A stretch of DNA of 64,000 bases from Octopus sinensis (GCF_006345805.1 NC_043003.1:90334001-90398000), one strand, 5' to 3'. Counted from the first letter of the stretch, positions 41,471 through 55,369 are shown. Notes: generated by a model from the letters alone, not told the origin. Numbers and translations are program-made.

Positions 41471-41652
41471 CCCATTTGTTATTGTATTTCTGTTTCACTT
41501 AATTTTGAAAATAATTTAACTATTATTAAAATAGTGTTTGGAATGTAAATCAACATAAAATTTTAATGGAGAGTTTTAATTTAGGTTACTTTGAAGAGGA
41601 AGTTTGTATTATAGAACCAGAGGTGGTCTCAGGCAGATTGGTATCATCAAGG
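41471..41652. mobile_element. piggyBac-type MITE
   Basis: TTAA-ccc ... ggtatcatcaagg-TTAA. Confidence 0.6.
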
Positions 41653-41805
41653 TTAACTGATTTGAAAAACTTTGAGAGTGGAAGAAAGAAAATGACTGGT
41701 AAACATGGGCATAGTTGTTTAATTAAAGGATGTGTGTGAGGAGTGGAGAATTGATTGTAATTGACACTTCGATATCATTTACTGAATGGTATATATGTAC
41801 CACTT

Positions 41806-42041
41806 TTGAAGGTGGCGAGCTGGCAGAATCGTTAACACGCCGGGCGAAATGCGTAGCCGTATTTCGTCTGCCGTTACGTTCTGAGTTCAAATTCCACCGA
41901 GGTCGACTTTGCCTTTCATCCTTTCGGAGTCGATAAATTAAGTACCAGTTACGCACTGGGGTCGATATAATCGACTTAATCCATTTGTCTGTCCTTGTTT
42001 GTCCTCTCTGTGTTTAGCCCCTTGTGGGTAGTAAAGAAATA
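41806..42041 (+). mobile_element. SINE family B, young full-length copy
   Basis: 18-bp TSD ggtatatatgtaccactt at 41788-41805 and 42042-42059; CpGs intact. Confidence 0.95.
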
Positions 42042-45000
42042 GGTATATATGTACCACTTAAATTGGGTAACACTGGAATTTACTCCTACATAGTCTGAAG
42101 CTTGTAGCAACCTGCAACCTTTGCCATCACAACTCGCTTTCATTTGGTTTTTCATAATTGCATGGTGCTTGAACATTTGTCTATGAATACCTTTGATCTT
42201 GCTGCAGTTTTGAGCATTTTATAGTGTAACTTTCATGTTTTTTTTTGTTTTATTTAAATACTTTTTTTGTCATCACTGTGGTAGTGGATGGTGAAATTAG
42301 TAAAACATTGACCAAAATACCTTAGTGTGAAACTGATAAAAATTGTGGGGTTGATAGAATCAGTTATATACTTTTGAAGATGAAGTTCCAGCATGGTCAC
42401 AGGACTGTAAAAGAATCACTGAGTGAAAATGTTCTCACATGCTAAACACATTTGAGGTAATCTAGAATTAAATGGCCTGCTCAGTTACAAAATGAAATGT
42501 CTTTAGTGGATGTGATCTTGTGGCCTGCTACTTGGTAATCATATACATTACAATCTCAAGTATCTAAACTGGCCATATCCAGCTTGAACATTCTATCTGT
42601 TTTCTTGTTTTATGTTTAAACTTGCTAGATCCAGCTTCTCACACCTGTCCTATAATGTCTGTCTAAAGAAATAATCACCTTATTGAAATCTTGGAACTAC
42701 AAACTAATGTAAGATTAATTCAAAACAATGCAAATGAATAAGCATTACATTTGACAGAATAATCTAAATGCTAACAGGATTACAAAAGTGGGACAGCAAG
42801 GAATTTTCAAGAATGTCATTCAACCAGCTGGAAATAACCAAATATATATCCCTTAAATCATATCCTATTGTCTCTGTAAAAAAAAATGCCTAAGAAAAAG
42901 ATGAGATGATCATGGCTAGAACACCTTTGTTTCCAGATTTGCTTGACTGACATAGGATTAAACAACAAAGGCTGCAAAACCGAACATTTACAAAATCTAA
43001 TTGAAACATTATCATTTTAACATTTTTCTATGCTTGCATGTGTCAGAGTTTATTGAGGCAGATTTTCTATGGCCAGATGCCCTTCTTGTCACCAACTCAC
43101 ACCTGTTTTCAAGTAAGGTAATATTTTTCCATGTCCAGACATCTTTTCACAGAATACTGTCAACAAATGACTCTACATCCATCGTGCACTATCGAGGCAA
43201 GGAGACAAATAGACACATGGCAGGCTTCTATCAGTTTCCATCTATCTAATGCACTCACAAGTCTTAGGTTGATCAGGGTTGATAGAAGACACCCAAGGTT
43301 CTATTTCAGGATTGAACCTGAAATCATGTGGTTGGTAAGCAAACTTCTTAACCACACAACTGTGCCTGTACCAATAGCCTTCTTGTTAGTTAATTTTGTT
43401 CTTATCTTCCTTGTCTGCTGCAGATCATTTCTGTTATTCCTGTTTGACTAACCATTCTCAACTGTGATTTACATGCTCTATGCTTTATATTTCTAACTAC
43501 AGTGTTGCTGATTGAGCTATCAAGTTCTAATGATTCATGTAATCTGTTATGATCCAAAAAGTACCAATTAGTCAGGGGTGATTGCCTCCTTAGTAATTTG
43601 TGATTAAAACCTGTTGTTTTCACTTCTGGGCCTCTCATTGCTTTGTTCATTCTCTTTCAGTTTATTACACTTGCTGTTAATTGCCAACAATTTTGGAGCT
43701 AGTGGATCACTGCATTGTATTTAGCACAGAGTAATAGTCTAATATAAAGCTCTTCACTTCACTTATTCTGTTTGCAACTTCTATGTGGTAGTAATGGTGG
43801 TGGGAGACAGGACTTGCAAGCAAGAATAAAAGATAAGGATCTACATATATAAAATGCATTAAGTCTGTTTTAGTAGCAGTTTTTATGAGTTTGTAATTAG
43901 ATACGACGGCTACCAATAACTTTGATAAATATTTATAGTTGTTTGTTTCTGTTGCTCTCTGCTTTTACTACTATAGCAATTTGAGAATTTCTAACCTCGG
44001 GCTGCATTTTAAATTGTCTCTCAATTATTACATCTTGATATATAACTCTATCTTATTAAAATGGAATAGAACAAGGAAGAAAAATATAGAAAAAGAAAAC
44101 CTTTTCTTCTTTTAAGCCAAAAGAGCTTTGTATGTTGGTGTGACATGAAATGCATAAAAATATGTAATTTTTGGTCAGGTTTCTTTGATGTATATTCTCT
44201 GATTCTCCTGAAAGGTTCTGCCTGAAACATTTCTTCTCACAATGCATAAACATTTCTTACATTTTTTTCTTTTTTTTATGATGAATTGATTTTGTGCCTT
44301 TGCTGACAACCACTAGTTGCTTCATACTCTTGTAATTATAATTTAGTCATTATTAACCCTTCAAATACTGAACCATCTGAAACTACCTCTGGTTCTGTTA
44401 TAAAACTGTTTAAAAGTATTCATATCTATTGTCAAAGCTTCTATTTTGTGTTACACCAGCTTAATACTGAAAACTGGAGCTATTTTTACTAAATCTTTTC
44501 AATATTTTTATTATTTTCTAATAGGGTATTTTATTGGAAATAGGGTCACAAAATGGTAAAGGAAAGGAAAAACTAAAGAATGAGGCTATTCTTTATTTTG
44601 CTGGTACTTTTTTAGTTCATACATTTGATTGAAAAAGATTTAAAAAAATTAACCTTGTGTCTATGGTGAATAACTGTTCTCTGTAATCTTTATTTCTGCT
44701 CATGATATATGGATGCAGATGTGGCTATGTAGTCAAGAAACTTGCTTTCCAATTGTCTGATTTTGGGTTCAGTCCCTCTGCATGGCACCTTGGGCAAGTG
44801 TCTTGTTTTCTATCCCTGTGCTGACCAAAGCCTTGTGAGTGGATTCAGGATACAGAAACTGAAAGAAGCTTGTTATATATATATATATATAGAAAAGAAC
44901 AGAAATGGAACAATAAATAACAATGAGAAGTTGATCATTGGTATTAAAAGGTCATAGTTTGATTGTAGTTCAGAACCATTTACAGCTGTTTCTGTTTATC

Positions 45001-45138
45001 AAATCAAAGTAAATTTGCGTTTATCCCGTTCCATTAAATAAACATTGTTAGAATGATTTAGAGGAATATAAATAGGAGAAAAAGGGAAATGAAAGGAAAA
45101 GGCAAAAGAAAAAGGAAAAGTTCATTAAGTCTTTAGGC

Positions 45139-46110
45139 TTAAATTTTAGTGACTTTTTGGGTTCCACGTGTGTGTACGTTTCTTCAGACTAGTTGACCGG
45201 CAGTGTTAGTCAAAGGATTTATACCTGGTGGAGATATCCGGTGTTGTTAATTGTAATATATATAGGATAGTCCCTATGATTACAATTAATGCCCTTGTTA
45301 AAAACTATAGATGCTTTTTAAGGTTAGTACGACATAATGTATATATATATGGGCTTTGTAAAGGAATAATAAAAAAGGTAAAGAGTAAATAAATAAAAAT
45401 AAATAAAAATATGATGTTTTCTGAGTCAGCAATCTAGCTTTAAAGTGAATATATTATAGAGGATTATATGCCCTGGTGTACAACATAGAATTTTAAAGAT
45501 AGTTTGGTTAATTGGAAGAAATGAGAAATTCTTCATTTTAATGATCAAATCAGAATTACTTAATAAACAAGACGAGAAAAATATAACATGTTTGTATAAA
45601 GATAAATTCTTATTCTCTAAATACCATTAAATCCCACACTATAGGTTATTAGCTGACCTGCCTACTGGCTGACCTGCCTCCCCTAACCATCCCACTTACC
45701 ACAGAGCATAATTTAACATCACATCGCAATTTTAAATTAATTTACCCCAATTAACCGAACTATCTATTTAAAATTCTATGTTGTACACCAGGGCATATAA
45801 TTCTCTATAATTTATTTACTCTTTACCTTTTTAATTATTCCTTTACAAAGCCCATATATATATACATTATGTCATACTAACTTTGAAAAGCATCCTTAGT
45901 TTTTAACAAGGGCATTAATTGTAATCATAGGGACTAACCTAGCAGTTACTAACAGCGTTAAATATTACAATTAACAACACTAGATATCTCCACCAGATAT
46001 AAATCCTTCAACTAACACTGCCAGTCAACTAGTCATTTTCCCCAGTTAGTGCTCCATCTAACTGAAGAAATGTACACACATGTGGAACTCAAAAAGTCAC
46101 TAAAATTTAA
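45139..46110. repeat. Long inverted repeat: ~370-bp arms around a ~230-bp spacer
   Basis: 45139-45515 is the reverse complement of 45747-46110, with arm-specific indels. Confidence 0.9.
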
Positions 46111-46656
46111 TTTTCCTATATATACAATTCATTGGTTATCATCATACATGTGGTGCCCTTTATTTTCAATATTCCATTATTTCCAATATTCCATTATTTC
46201 CAATATTCCAGTATTAAGTATATATTCAATCCACTCAGTATTTGGAGCCAACTTTGCTTTTCATCCTTCTTAGGCATATAAAACGAGTACGTGATTGTTT
46301 ATAGTTCTCTGTGACAGCCATTTGCCAAAGTAAATTATTGGGACAAATGCTGTACCTATGGTCTACCTTAGATCTTTGTTTGATGTGTTTCATTACAATT
46401 ACTCTACAGGGATAGGAAGGATTATGAAACTTGCTACCTTTGCTTCATACAAATATAATGTCTAGGGCTGAAGAAATATCACCATCTGTAGTTCAAATTC
46501 CACTGAGGTTGACTTTGTCTTTCATGATATAAATTTTTGAAAAAAATCTTTGACAAAGTAGGTGAGGAAATTAAACAAATATCTAAGGTGATGTCAGTAA
46601 ATGAAAACAGAGAGAAATGATATTGTATTTTGTATTATCTTATACAGGTTGTTTAA

Positions 46657-47145
46657 CCTTCTCCAACACTGTTGTCGCAATTTGTCACCCACAACTTTTC
46701 TCCCCTGTAGCTGCAGGTGCATTTTGTTACCTTGAGAAGAGTACTTAAAATAAACACATTGCTAAGTTTATTTCTGGTACTTTAAGCTGTAAATAGGCTA
46801 CTTTTGATTTAGAATGAGGCTAAACTCCCATTTTCTGATGCCATTTTCATTGTTTATATACTAACCATGCTTTGAAATTGAACTTAGTTTTTTTGAATTT
46901 TTACCAAGCAAAAATGGCTGCTCCTGCTTTTGAAGCTTTTATGGAAGAGATCTTGTTTGATTCTGACTCAGATGATGATTTTGATGGATTTACTCAGGCA
47001 GATGTCAATGGTGAAATTATTTGAGGTGATGCTGAGGACATAGACTGTGCTTATAGTTATATTGGGAATGATGTATCAAATGAATACTATCATCATTCAT
47101 GGCTGGCTGGATTTAAGGAAAGTACTGGCCCCAAGGAGGTAGATT
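46657..47145 (+). mobile_element. piggyBac transposon 5' end remnant
   Basis: TTAA-cc(c)ttctc...gtcgcaatttgtcaccc terminus. Acidic N-terminus from 46914, MAAPAFEAFMEEILFDSDSDDDFDGF...WLAGFKESTGP, with a stop. Confidence 0.65.
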
Positions 47146-48337
47146 TCTGAGGGGGCAACTCTTTCATTTATTCCTTAATGCATTACATAAAAATAGTATT
47201 CATCTATTCCTTTACTAGTATATAAAAAAAATCAAGTCTGTACACACACTTCAAAGAAAGTTATAACAATTTTAAAACAGTAGATGCTCAAACAGTCTTT
47301 TGTTCCCTCAAAAATAATGCAGTTGCAGGGAAAACTATTCTGGGGACAAATCAGTGTGCTAAAGGTTAATAATCCTATAATATTTCGAGAAAGATTTCCC
47401 CTTTTCAAATACAAGAAAGAAAAAGAGTTCAGAGAAATACTGATAGGCCAGTAATACAATATATTTCCTCTTTGTTTCCATCTATTGCATCATCTTACAT
47501 ATTTTGCTTTAACCTACTTTTAACCTAAAGGTTTCTTCAAACATTTATATCATTTACACACATTGCAATGCTTCAAGTAAATTATAATACCTTTTTGTCT
47601 TGCATCTTTTCAGTTGTAAAAGTTAGTCAATTGCTTGGGCTGATTTAAGTGACTTTATCCTTCCAAAATTTGTTGTTGAACTTCCAATAGAAACCATCAT
47701 CATTATTATTGTTTATTATGCGGAATTATTAGGGACAACTTAGCCTTTCATTTATTTAGGTGCAGGGTCAAAGATACAATCAACATTCATTTACTGAGAT
47801 TAAGTTGACTGCTACTCTACAACAAATTTGCTTCATGTACCACTGTGATAAATAATCTCATTGACTATCATTAACTAATTATCTTTACAACCTAAAACTT
47901 AAGATGTAATAGATTATTACTGGTAACAATCTGGTAGAATTGTTTGTGTTGGAGAAACTGCTTTGCATATTTCTGTTGCTTCTGTTTGAATTCAAATCTG
48001 TGAATGTCAATTTTACTTTTGTGAACAAGGTAAGCAAGGCTTGAATAAAGGATCATTAGAATATGCCTGCAAGCTGGACGATTTTGCTGGGAAAGGACCC
48101 TTTGTTAGTCAGAGTAATCTTGTACCTAAATATACTATCTTCTGTCAATTTGACTGGTTCCTTGATGGTAGGTTCTAGGTGGTAGTTTTACTTTTAGGAC
48201 ATTAATATATTTTGTATATTGTATATGCTAATTTTTTCTTTATTAAATTTCAGTGTAAACTTCCATTCTGAACCACCTCTTACATTAGTCAAACTTGTAG
48301 CAAAAAAAGAATTATTATTATTAATGAAAGTGGTGAA

Positions 48338-48985
48338 AGGCGGCAAGCTGGCAGAAATCTTAGCATGCTGAGTGAAATGCTTAGTGGTATTTCGCCTGTC
48401 TATACATTCTGAGTTCAAACTCTGCTGAGATTGACTTTGCCTTTTATCCTTTTGGGGTTGATAAATTAAGTACCAGTTGTGTACTGGGGTTGATCTAATT
48501 GACTGCCCCCCCCCCAAATTTCAAGCGTGATGCCTAGAGTAGAAAAGATTATTATTATTGAAAGTGGTGAGCTAGCAGAATCATTAGCGCATCATACAAA
48601 ATGCTTAGAGGCATTTTCTTCTGACTCTTTACATTTTGAGTTCAAATCCTGCTGAGTCAACTTTACTTTTCATCCTTTTAGGGTTGATAAAATAAAGTAC
48701 CAGTTCAGCATTGGAGTTCCTGTAATTGATTATATCCCCCCTTTCAAATTGCTAGCCTTAACCCAAAATTTGAAGCAATTATTATTTGCAAGGCAGTGAG
48801 CTAGCAAAATTGTTAGCATGCGAGACAAAATGCTTAGCAGCAATTCATCTGCCTAGTTTTTAGTTCAAATTCCATCCTTTTGGAGTTGATGAGATAAGTA
48901 CCAGTTGAGTACTGGTGTTGACATAATTGACTAAACCCCTGCCTTCAAAATTTCAGGTCTTGTGCCTATAATAGATTATTATTGT
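48338..48985 (+). mobile_element. Three head-to-tail degraded SINE family B copies
   Basis: Heads near 48338, 48561 and 48790, each following the (ATT)n tail of the previous copy. Confidence 0.85.
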
Positions 48986-49898
48986 TGTTTTTTATTGTAA
49001 ATGTCATTAGCTGCATTTAGAACTCAGTGCCTAACCTCATATCAACTACCATTATGTAATGAATAACTGGGAAATTTGTATTGTAAGCAAATCCATTGTT
49101 TTGATGAAACTAAATAGCAGAGTATTGACTTTCATTAGAAGCAAATATAGAAATTAAAGCAGAAAGTAAACATTTATTTGTTGTTAGTTGCTAGTATAGT
49201 GGTGGCAGAGCTGTATATTAACAGCTGTAGTGGCTGGAGGGTGTTACATTGAAGTATTTTATCAAACAATATTGATTGTAACTTATAAGTCTCTGTTTGT
49301 CTGTCTATCCCCCCCCCCACTCTCTCATTTCTGGATTTTCTTTTTTGTATTATTTCTCCACCAAGAACTGTTGAAGCACTGGACAAATTGTTCTGGCAGA
49401 AATGGCTTAGGTTAATACGTTTTCATTGCCAGATAAACAGATTTATTTATATCATATCTGTTTTCAAATCTCACTGATATATTAGGGAAGGGTGTATAAT
49501 TTTTAACTGTATGACAGTTACAGGCATGACCATATGGTTAAATTTTCTTTCCAAGCACATGGTTTCAGGTTCAGTCCCATTGTGTGTCATTTTGGGCAAG
49601 TGTCTACTTCTATAACTGACAAAAACCTTGTGAGTGGATTTGGTAGATGGAAACTGAAGGAGACCTATCTGGTGTGTGTGTGTCATTATTCAGTTTTATT
49701 TCAAGATTTCTTGCCAATAGAGAAAGAGCCAGTTTCTAACCTAGATCCAAAGTCTCCTTCATTGGAATTTCAAAAACAACAAGGTATTTTTGTTTGTATG
49801 TATGTGTATATACAGATTTGTATGCTTTGTTTTATGTATGTATTTTCATGCATACAGTTCCATATCTAGATATACTCATCTATACTTATATATATATA

Positions 49899-51784
49899 TT
49901 TTTTATTTGTTTCAGCCAAGTGGCTGCTGTTGTGCTGGAGTACCACCATGACTTTCCCTCCTTATGTGATACTCTTTGCACATTCCTTGCATGGCTCTTC
50001 TCTGCCAGCTGATGTAGTCCAATCAAGACTCTCCATGGCACATCTGGTGTATAAGAGAATTTGACATTGTTGCCCTCAACTGTGTCTCATTTCTAGCCAT
50101 CGGTTCGTCTGGTATCGTGGATAGGAAAGTGTCAAGTTTTGTTTTGAAGACCTCTACATCCATGTCTTGCAGGTCTCTCAAATTGTTTTAGCAGGGCATT
50201 AAAGAGCTGAGGTCCTCTGAAACCGAGGGTGTTGCAATATGGACATCATTCATGATGCGAAAGTGATGCCGACATTAGTCTCGGATCACAACATAATAGA
50301 GCAGTCTATGTTTGTGCCGAAAGTAACCAGAGGCATACAGCCTAAAGAAAGCACCTGAAATCTCTCCAATCTGAATTTCCACAACGCAGACTGGAAATCG
50401 ACCCAAAAAGAGATCCTCTGAGAGGACTGGCCGAAATTTCTCTCCACACCAGACATTGACATGAAACTAGAATGTTTCATGTCTCTTGTGCAAGCCATAT
50501 GCCAGAAATATGTCCCAGAGCACAAGGCCAAAACAAAATAAGAACAAGATTGCAAGGGAGTGGAAGATCCACATGAAACGACGGATGAAGGTTGCAAATT
50601 GACTCAGCCAACATCCCAAAAGTAGCGAAATGTCCCGCCTAAAAACAACACTGATGGAGATCGAAAAAAGGCTGCAACAAAGGTTGCAAAAAAGCCTGGG
50701 TTATAAAAACATTAAGTCAAACCCAAAGGCCTTCTTTCATTACGCGAAAGAAACAGCTTCAGTACACTACAAGATAGGACCTCTCCTCCAAAAGGATGGC
50801 TCCCTCACAGACAGTCCAACTAAGATCAGTGAGATGCTGAATGACCAGTTCAAAAGTGTCTTTACCACCCCGTTCGAACACAGACAAGTGAACGAACCAG
50901 TGGACTTCTTTGCCACCTCACCTTTAACCAGCGAGACAGTTACGATGGAATACATTGACATTAGCAAAGAAGATATACTACTAGCCATAGATGAAGTGGA
51001 CACAAACTCAACTGCTGCTCCTGATGGTTTCTCAGCAATCCTCCTCAAATCATGTAAGCATGCCCTGGCAAAACCCCTCAAGATTCTCCTCCAGAGCTTT
51101 CTTGCAAATGGCAGACTGCCAAGCAAGCTGAAGGAGAGAATATGCCCAATACATAAAGGGGGAAGCAGAGCAGATGCCAAAAACTATAGGCCTATCTCTC
51201 TGATTTCACACATCAGCAAAGTCATGGAATGGATAGTCAGAGGGAAACTAATCGCATTCCTTGAAGAAAATAACTTGCTGAATGATACCCAGCATGGCTT
51301 TCGACCAGGTAGGAGCTGCCTGACCTAACTCTTACAACATTATGACTGGATATTGAGGTAGTTACTCAACAACTCAAATGTGGACGTAATATACCTTGAT
51401 TTTGTAAAAGCTTTTGACAAGGTGGACCATGATATGATATGCCACAAACTGCGTAACTTTGGCATAGCTGGAAAACTTGGAGAGTGGTTACATGACTTTC
51501 TGAAAGATAGACGTCAGGCAGTAGCAGCTAATGAAGCCACCTCTATGAAAATATAAATAGTGAATAGTGTTCCACAGGGCACTGTTTTGGGACCACTGCT
51601 TTTTATAGTGGCCCTCTCAGATATGCCCTCAAGTGCCCAGGTAGCCACCCTTGCAAGCTACGCAGACGATACAAAAATCTCGCAGAAAATACAGAACCCA
51701 GTGATGTTGCACATATGCAGCAGGAGTTGGACTCAATTTACAGATGGGCTGAGGATAATAATATGCAGTTTAACGCTGAAAAAT

Positions 51785-51786
<2 letters not shown>
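49899..51786. mobile_element. CR1/L2-like LINE with internal inversion: 3' end on minus (49899-~50285), EN-end/RT on plus (~50281-51786)
   Basis: Plus strand: SDHNIIE, NPKAFF, KNYRPISL, QHGFRPGRSC, YLDFVKAFDKVDH, VPQGTVLGPLLF, YADDTK, FNAEKF. Minus strand: LGFRGPQLFN, FKTKLDTFLSTIPDEP, then the 3' UTR. Confidence 0.92.
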
Positions 51787-51815
<29 letters not shown>

Positions 51816-51816
51816 G

Positions 51817-51861
<45 letters not shown>

Positions 51862-51864
<3 letters not shown>

Positions 51865-53033
51865 TATTATAAAAGGCAGATTTTATCTGCCTCCCTTTGT
51901 CAGTTATAGAAATCTACAATATAGGATTTCTTCAATTACAATTTACCTAGCATTTTTAAGAGTAGAATGCATCGGGTTTTGCCAGGTCCAGTTTTTAAAA
52001 TTTAAACTCCAATTAAGCAAAATTTACAGAAAACTCACATTCTGGTGTGTATGTCAAATGCTTTTCTTAGTCTGGTTTACAGCACATGCAAACGCACACA
52101 CACAGTGTGCAACGAATAAAGTGAAACTAGATGTAATATTTGTTTCTGTCTATCACGCTGATAGATACATGAGTAAAATGTATGGCAAGCTAACAGATAA
52201 GAGTGAGTGAAAATGTTCTTGGAAGAGAGTAAATAGTGACAGTGATTTGAGGAAGACTAAACTGAAAGTATGAAACAGTGTTTATGTATAAACAGACGAC
52301 ACTTATATAAACCCTTTCGTTACCAAACCGCCCGAATTTACCTATTCATATTTAAATGAGAATATCAGAGTAAATCTCTTTAGTACATTCGTGAAAACAC
52401 GTATTATACTTCGTAAACACTTCAAATACAGTTTTGTACAAAAATCGAAGTGTAATTTTAATTCCGTGAATTATGGGAGATTTTTTTCTGAAATTTGTTC
52501 CTATTGTGTTTTCAAAATTTGTAATTCTGACAAAAAATGGATACGAATTTCATTATATCAAGCAGCGAGTCAGAATTCGAAGGATTTTCTACTGAAGACC
52601 TTCATAAATCTAACTCTATGACTGAAAAAAAAAAGCATCTTTATATAAGAGTGAAGTTGTGTGTCTGTCTCCTACGATTTAGATTCGTAACTACTCCCAC
52701 ATTTTGCGGTGCAGTTTAACCAAAAGCGGGTATCTTATAGTCGTGATTCATATCGAGCCCTTCTGGGTATTAGCGCGCGTCTACGATGAGTCTACGATTT
52801 TAAAAAAATTTACCATCATATTTTTCCATTTTAATGCATTTTTTTCGCTTTTATATAAGGGAAGTAACTCTCTAAAAATATCTACGATGTGTCAACGATT
52901 TAAAAAAAGAATTTACCTTAATTTTTTTTCAATTTTTAATGCATTTTTTTGCTATTTTTTGGCTATAACTCACTAAAAATGCTTATATAGTTATTTCCCT
53001 TACAACCCGAGCAACGCCGGGCGATACTGCTAG
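51862..53033 (+). mobile_element. Non-autonomous composite Helitron
   Basis: A|TC start (tcttattataaaag). 3' hairpin cccgagcaacgccggg at 53006-53021, then CTAG|T at 53030-53034. A second TC-type 5' end lies at 52638. Confidence 0.85.
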
Positions 53034-53501
<468 letters not shown>

Positions 53502-53502
<1 letters not shown>

Positions 53503-53802
53503 CATCATCATCATCGTTTAACGTCTGTTTTCCGCACTAGCACGGGTTGGACGGTTTGACCGGGGTCTGGGAAGCCAGGGGCTGCTCCAGGCTCCAGTCT
53601 GATCTGGAGAGTTTCTACGGCTGGATGCCCTTCCTAACGCCAACCACTCCGCGAGTGGAGTGGGTGCTTTTTACGTGCCACCTGCACAGGTGCCAGGGTG
53701 GGTCTGGCATCGATCACGATTGGTTCGAGCTTTTAACATGCCAGCGGCACGGAAGCCAGCCAAGGCGGCGCTGGCATCGGTCACATTCGGATGGTGCTTT
53801 TT
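53502..53802 (-). mobile_element. RTE LINE 3' tail
   Basis: Reverse complement of the 27130-27423 type sequence. Confidence 0.9.
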
Positions 53803-54186
53803 GGGGGTGCAGGTAATATAGGGAAGCACCAGTGGGGAGGGTGAGGAACGATGACAGCTAGGGTTGATGCAGGTTTGTAGGAAATAAAACGTAGGACTTC
53901 ACGAGTGGGGAGGGGACTGGAAGGAGATAGCCGGTTGAGGCAGTGACAGATTCAAAAACAGGAGGAAACGTAGGATAGGTGGGGGGGGTTGATTAGCTGC
54001 GGCGCTAGCTGCTTGTCTTGGTGGGGGGGGGGTAACACACAGTGAAAGCATGTGAGGAGGAGGGGTAGGAGGGAGAGACACACATAATGGTGGTGAGGGA
54101 GGGCATATCCGGTGTAGATGGTGTGAACAGTGAGAACAGTGTTCACCGGTATTGGTGGTGGGGGTGGGAAAGGGCGGGCGCACCGC

Positions 54187-54853
54187 GAATGGTGAAGATC
54201 GAATTAAAGGATTGAAGGTGCTTTAGAGAAACGGGCGGGAATGGCGATGTTTTTAGGGTGGCATAGAGAAAGAAAAAGGAAAGCAAAGCAGATTGGTGGT
54301 TATAAGTTCAAAACATTTAAATGGTAGACAAATGTACGTATGTATGAAAAAGAAGGGAGAAATCTTCTTAGCTTGCTAGTAGACATCGCTTTGAGTCGGA
54401 GAAGAAATGATAGTGAATGGTGAAGATCGAATTAAAGGATTGAAGGTGCTTTAGAGAAACGGGCGGGAATGGCGATGTTTTTAGGGTGGCATAGAGAAAG
54501 AAAAAGGAAAGCAAAGCAGATTGGTGGTTATAAGTTCAAAACATTTAAATGGTAGACAAATGTACGTATGTATGAAAAAGAAGGGAGAAATCTTCTTAGC
54601 TTGCTAGTAGACATCGCTTTGAGTCGGAGAAGAAATGATAGTGAATGGTGAAGATCGAATTAAAGGATTGAAGGTGCTTTAGAGAAACGGGCGGGAATGG
54701 CGATGTTTTAGGGTGGCATAGAGAAAGAAAAAGGAAAGCAAAGGGGTTATAAGTGGTTTAATATACAAATTACGTATGTATGAAAAATAATGTATTGCTA
54801 GTAGACATCGCTTTGGTCGGAGAAGAAATGATAGTGAATGGTGAAGATCGAAT
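54187..54853. repeat. Tandem array: two apparently identical 228-bp units, a diverged 193-bp unit and a partial unit
   Basis: gaatggtgaagatcgaat at 54187, 54415, 54643 and 54836. Confidence 0.95.
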
Positions 54854-54916
54854 AATATATATATATGGGTAGTGTGTGTGTGTATATATATATATAGATA
54901 TATATATATATGGGTA

Positions 54917-54959
<43 letters not shown>

Positions 54960-54980
54960 GGTATGTGTGTGTGTATATTA

Positions 54981-55042
<62 letters not shown>

Positions 55043-55045
55043 GTA

Positions 55046-55112
<67 letters not shown>

Positions 55113-55167
55113 GTATGTGTGTGTATCGTATTTAACGTCCGTTCTCCATGCTAGCATGGGTTGGACG

Positions 55168-55205
<38 letters not shown>

Positions 55206-55208
55206 GTA

Positions 55209-55259
<51 letters not shown>

Positions 55260-55265
55260 TGGGTA

Positions 55266-55318
<53 letters not shown>

Positions 55319-55355
55319 GTATGTGTGTGTATATATATATACACACACACACACA
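54854..55355. repeat. Compound (AT)n-GGGTAT-(GT)n microsatellite with an embedded ~45-bp RTE tail fragment
   Basis: tttaacgtccgttctccatgctagcatgggttggacg at ~55130-55168. Confidence 0.9.
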
Positions 55356-55369
55356 GAAAGAAGTAACTG

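Noticed and set aside
46648-46715. Exon-like AG...GT segment
   Set aside because: It coincides with the piggyBac-like terminus and has no informative frame.
47930-48029. Hydrophobic frame ending at a strong aag|gtaagc donor
   Set aside because: No in-frame ATG, and phase 0 is incompatible with the phase-1 receptor exon.
54187-54853. Possible CRISPR-like or spacer array (also 25090-25295 and 28060-28165)
   Set aside because: These are plain tandem repeats with no unique spacers, no cas genes, and a eukaryotic context.
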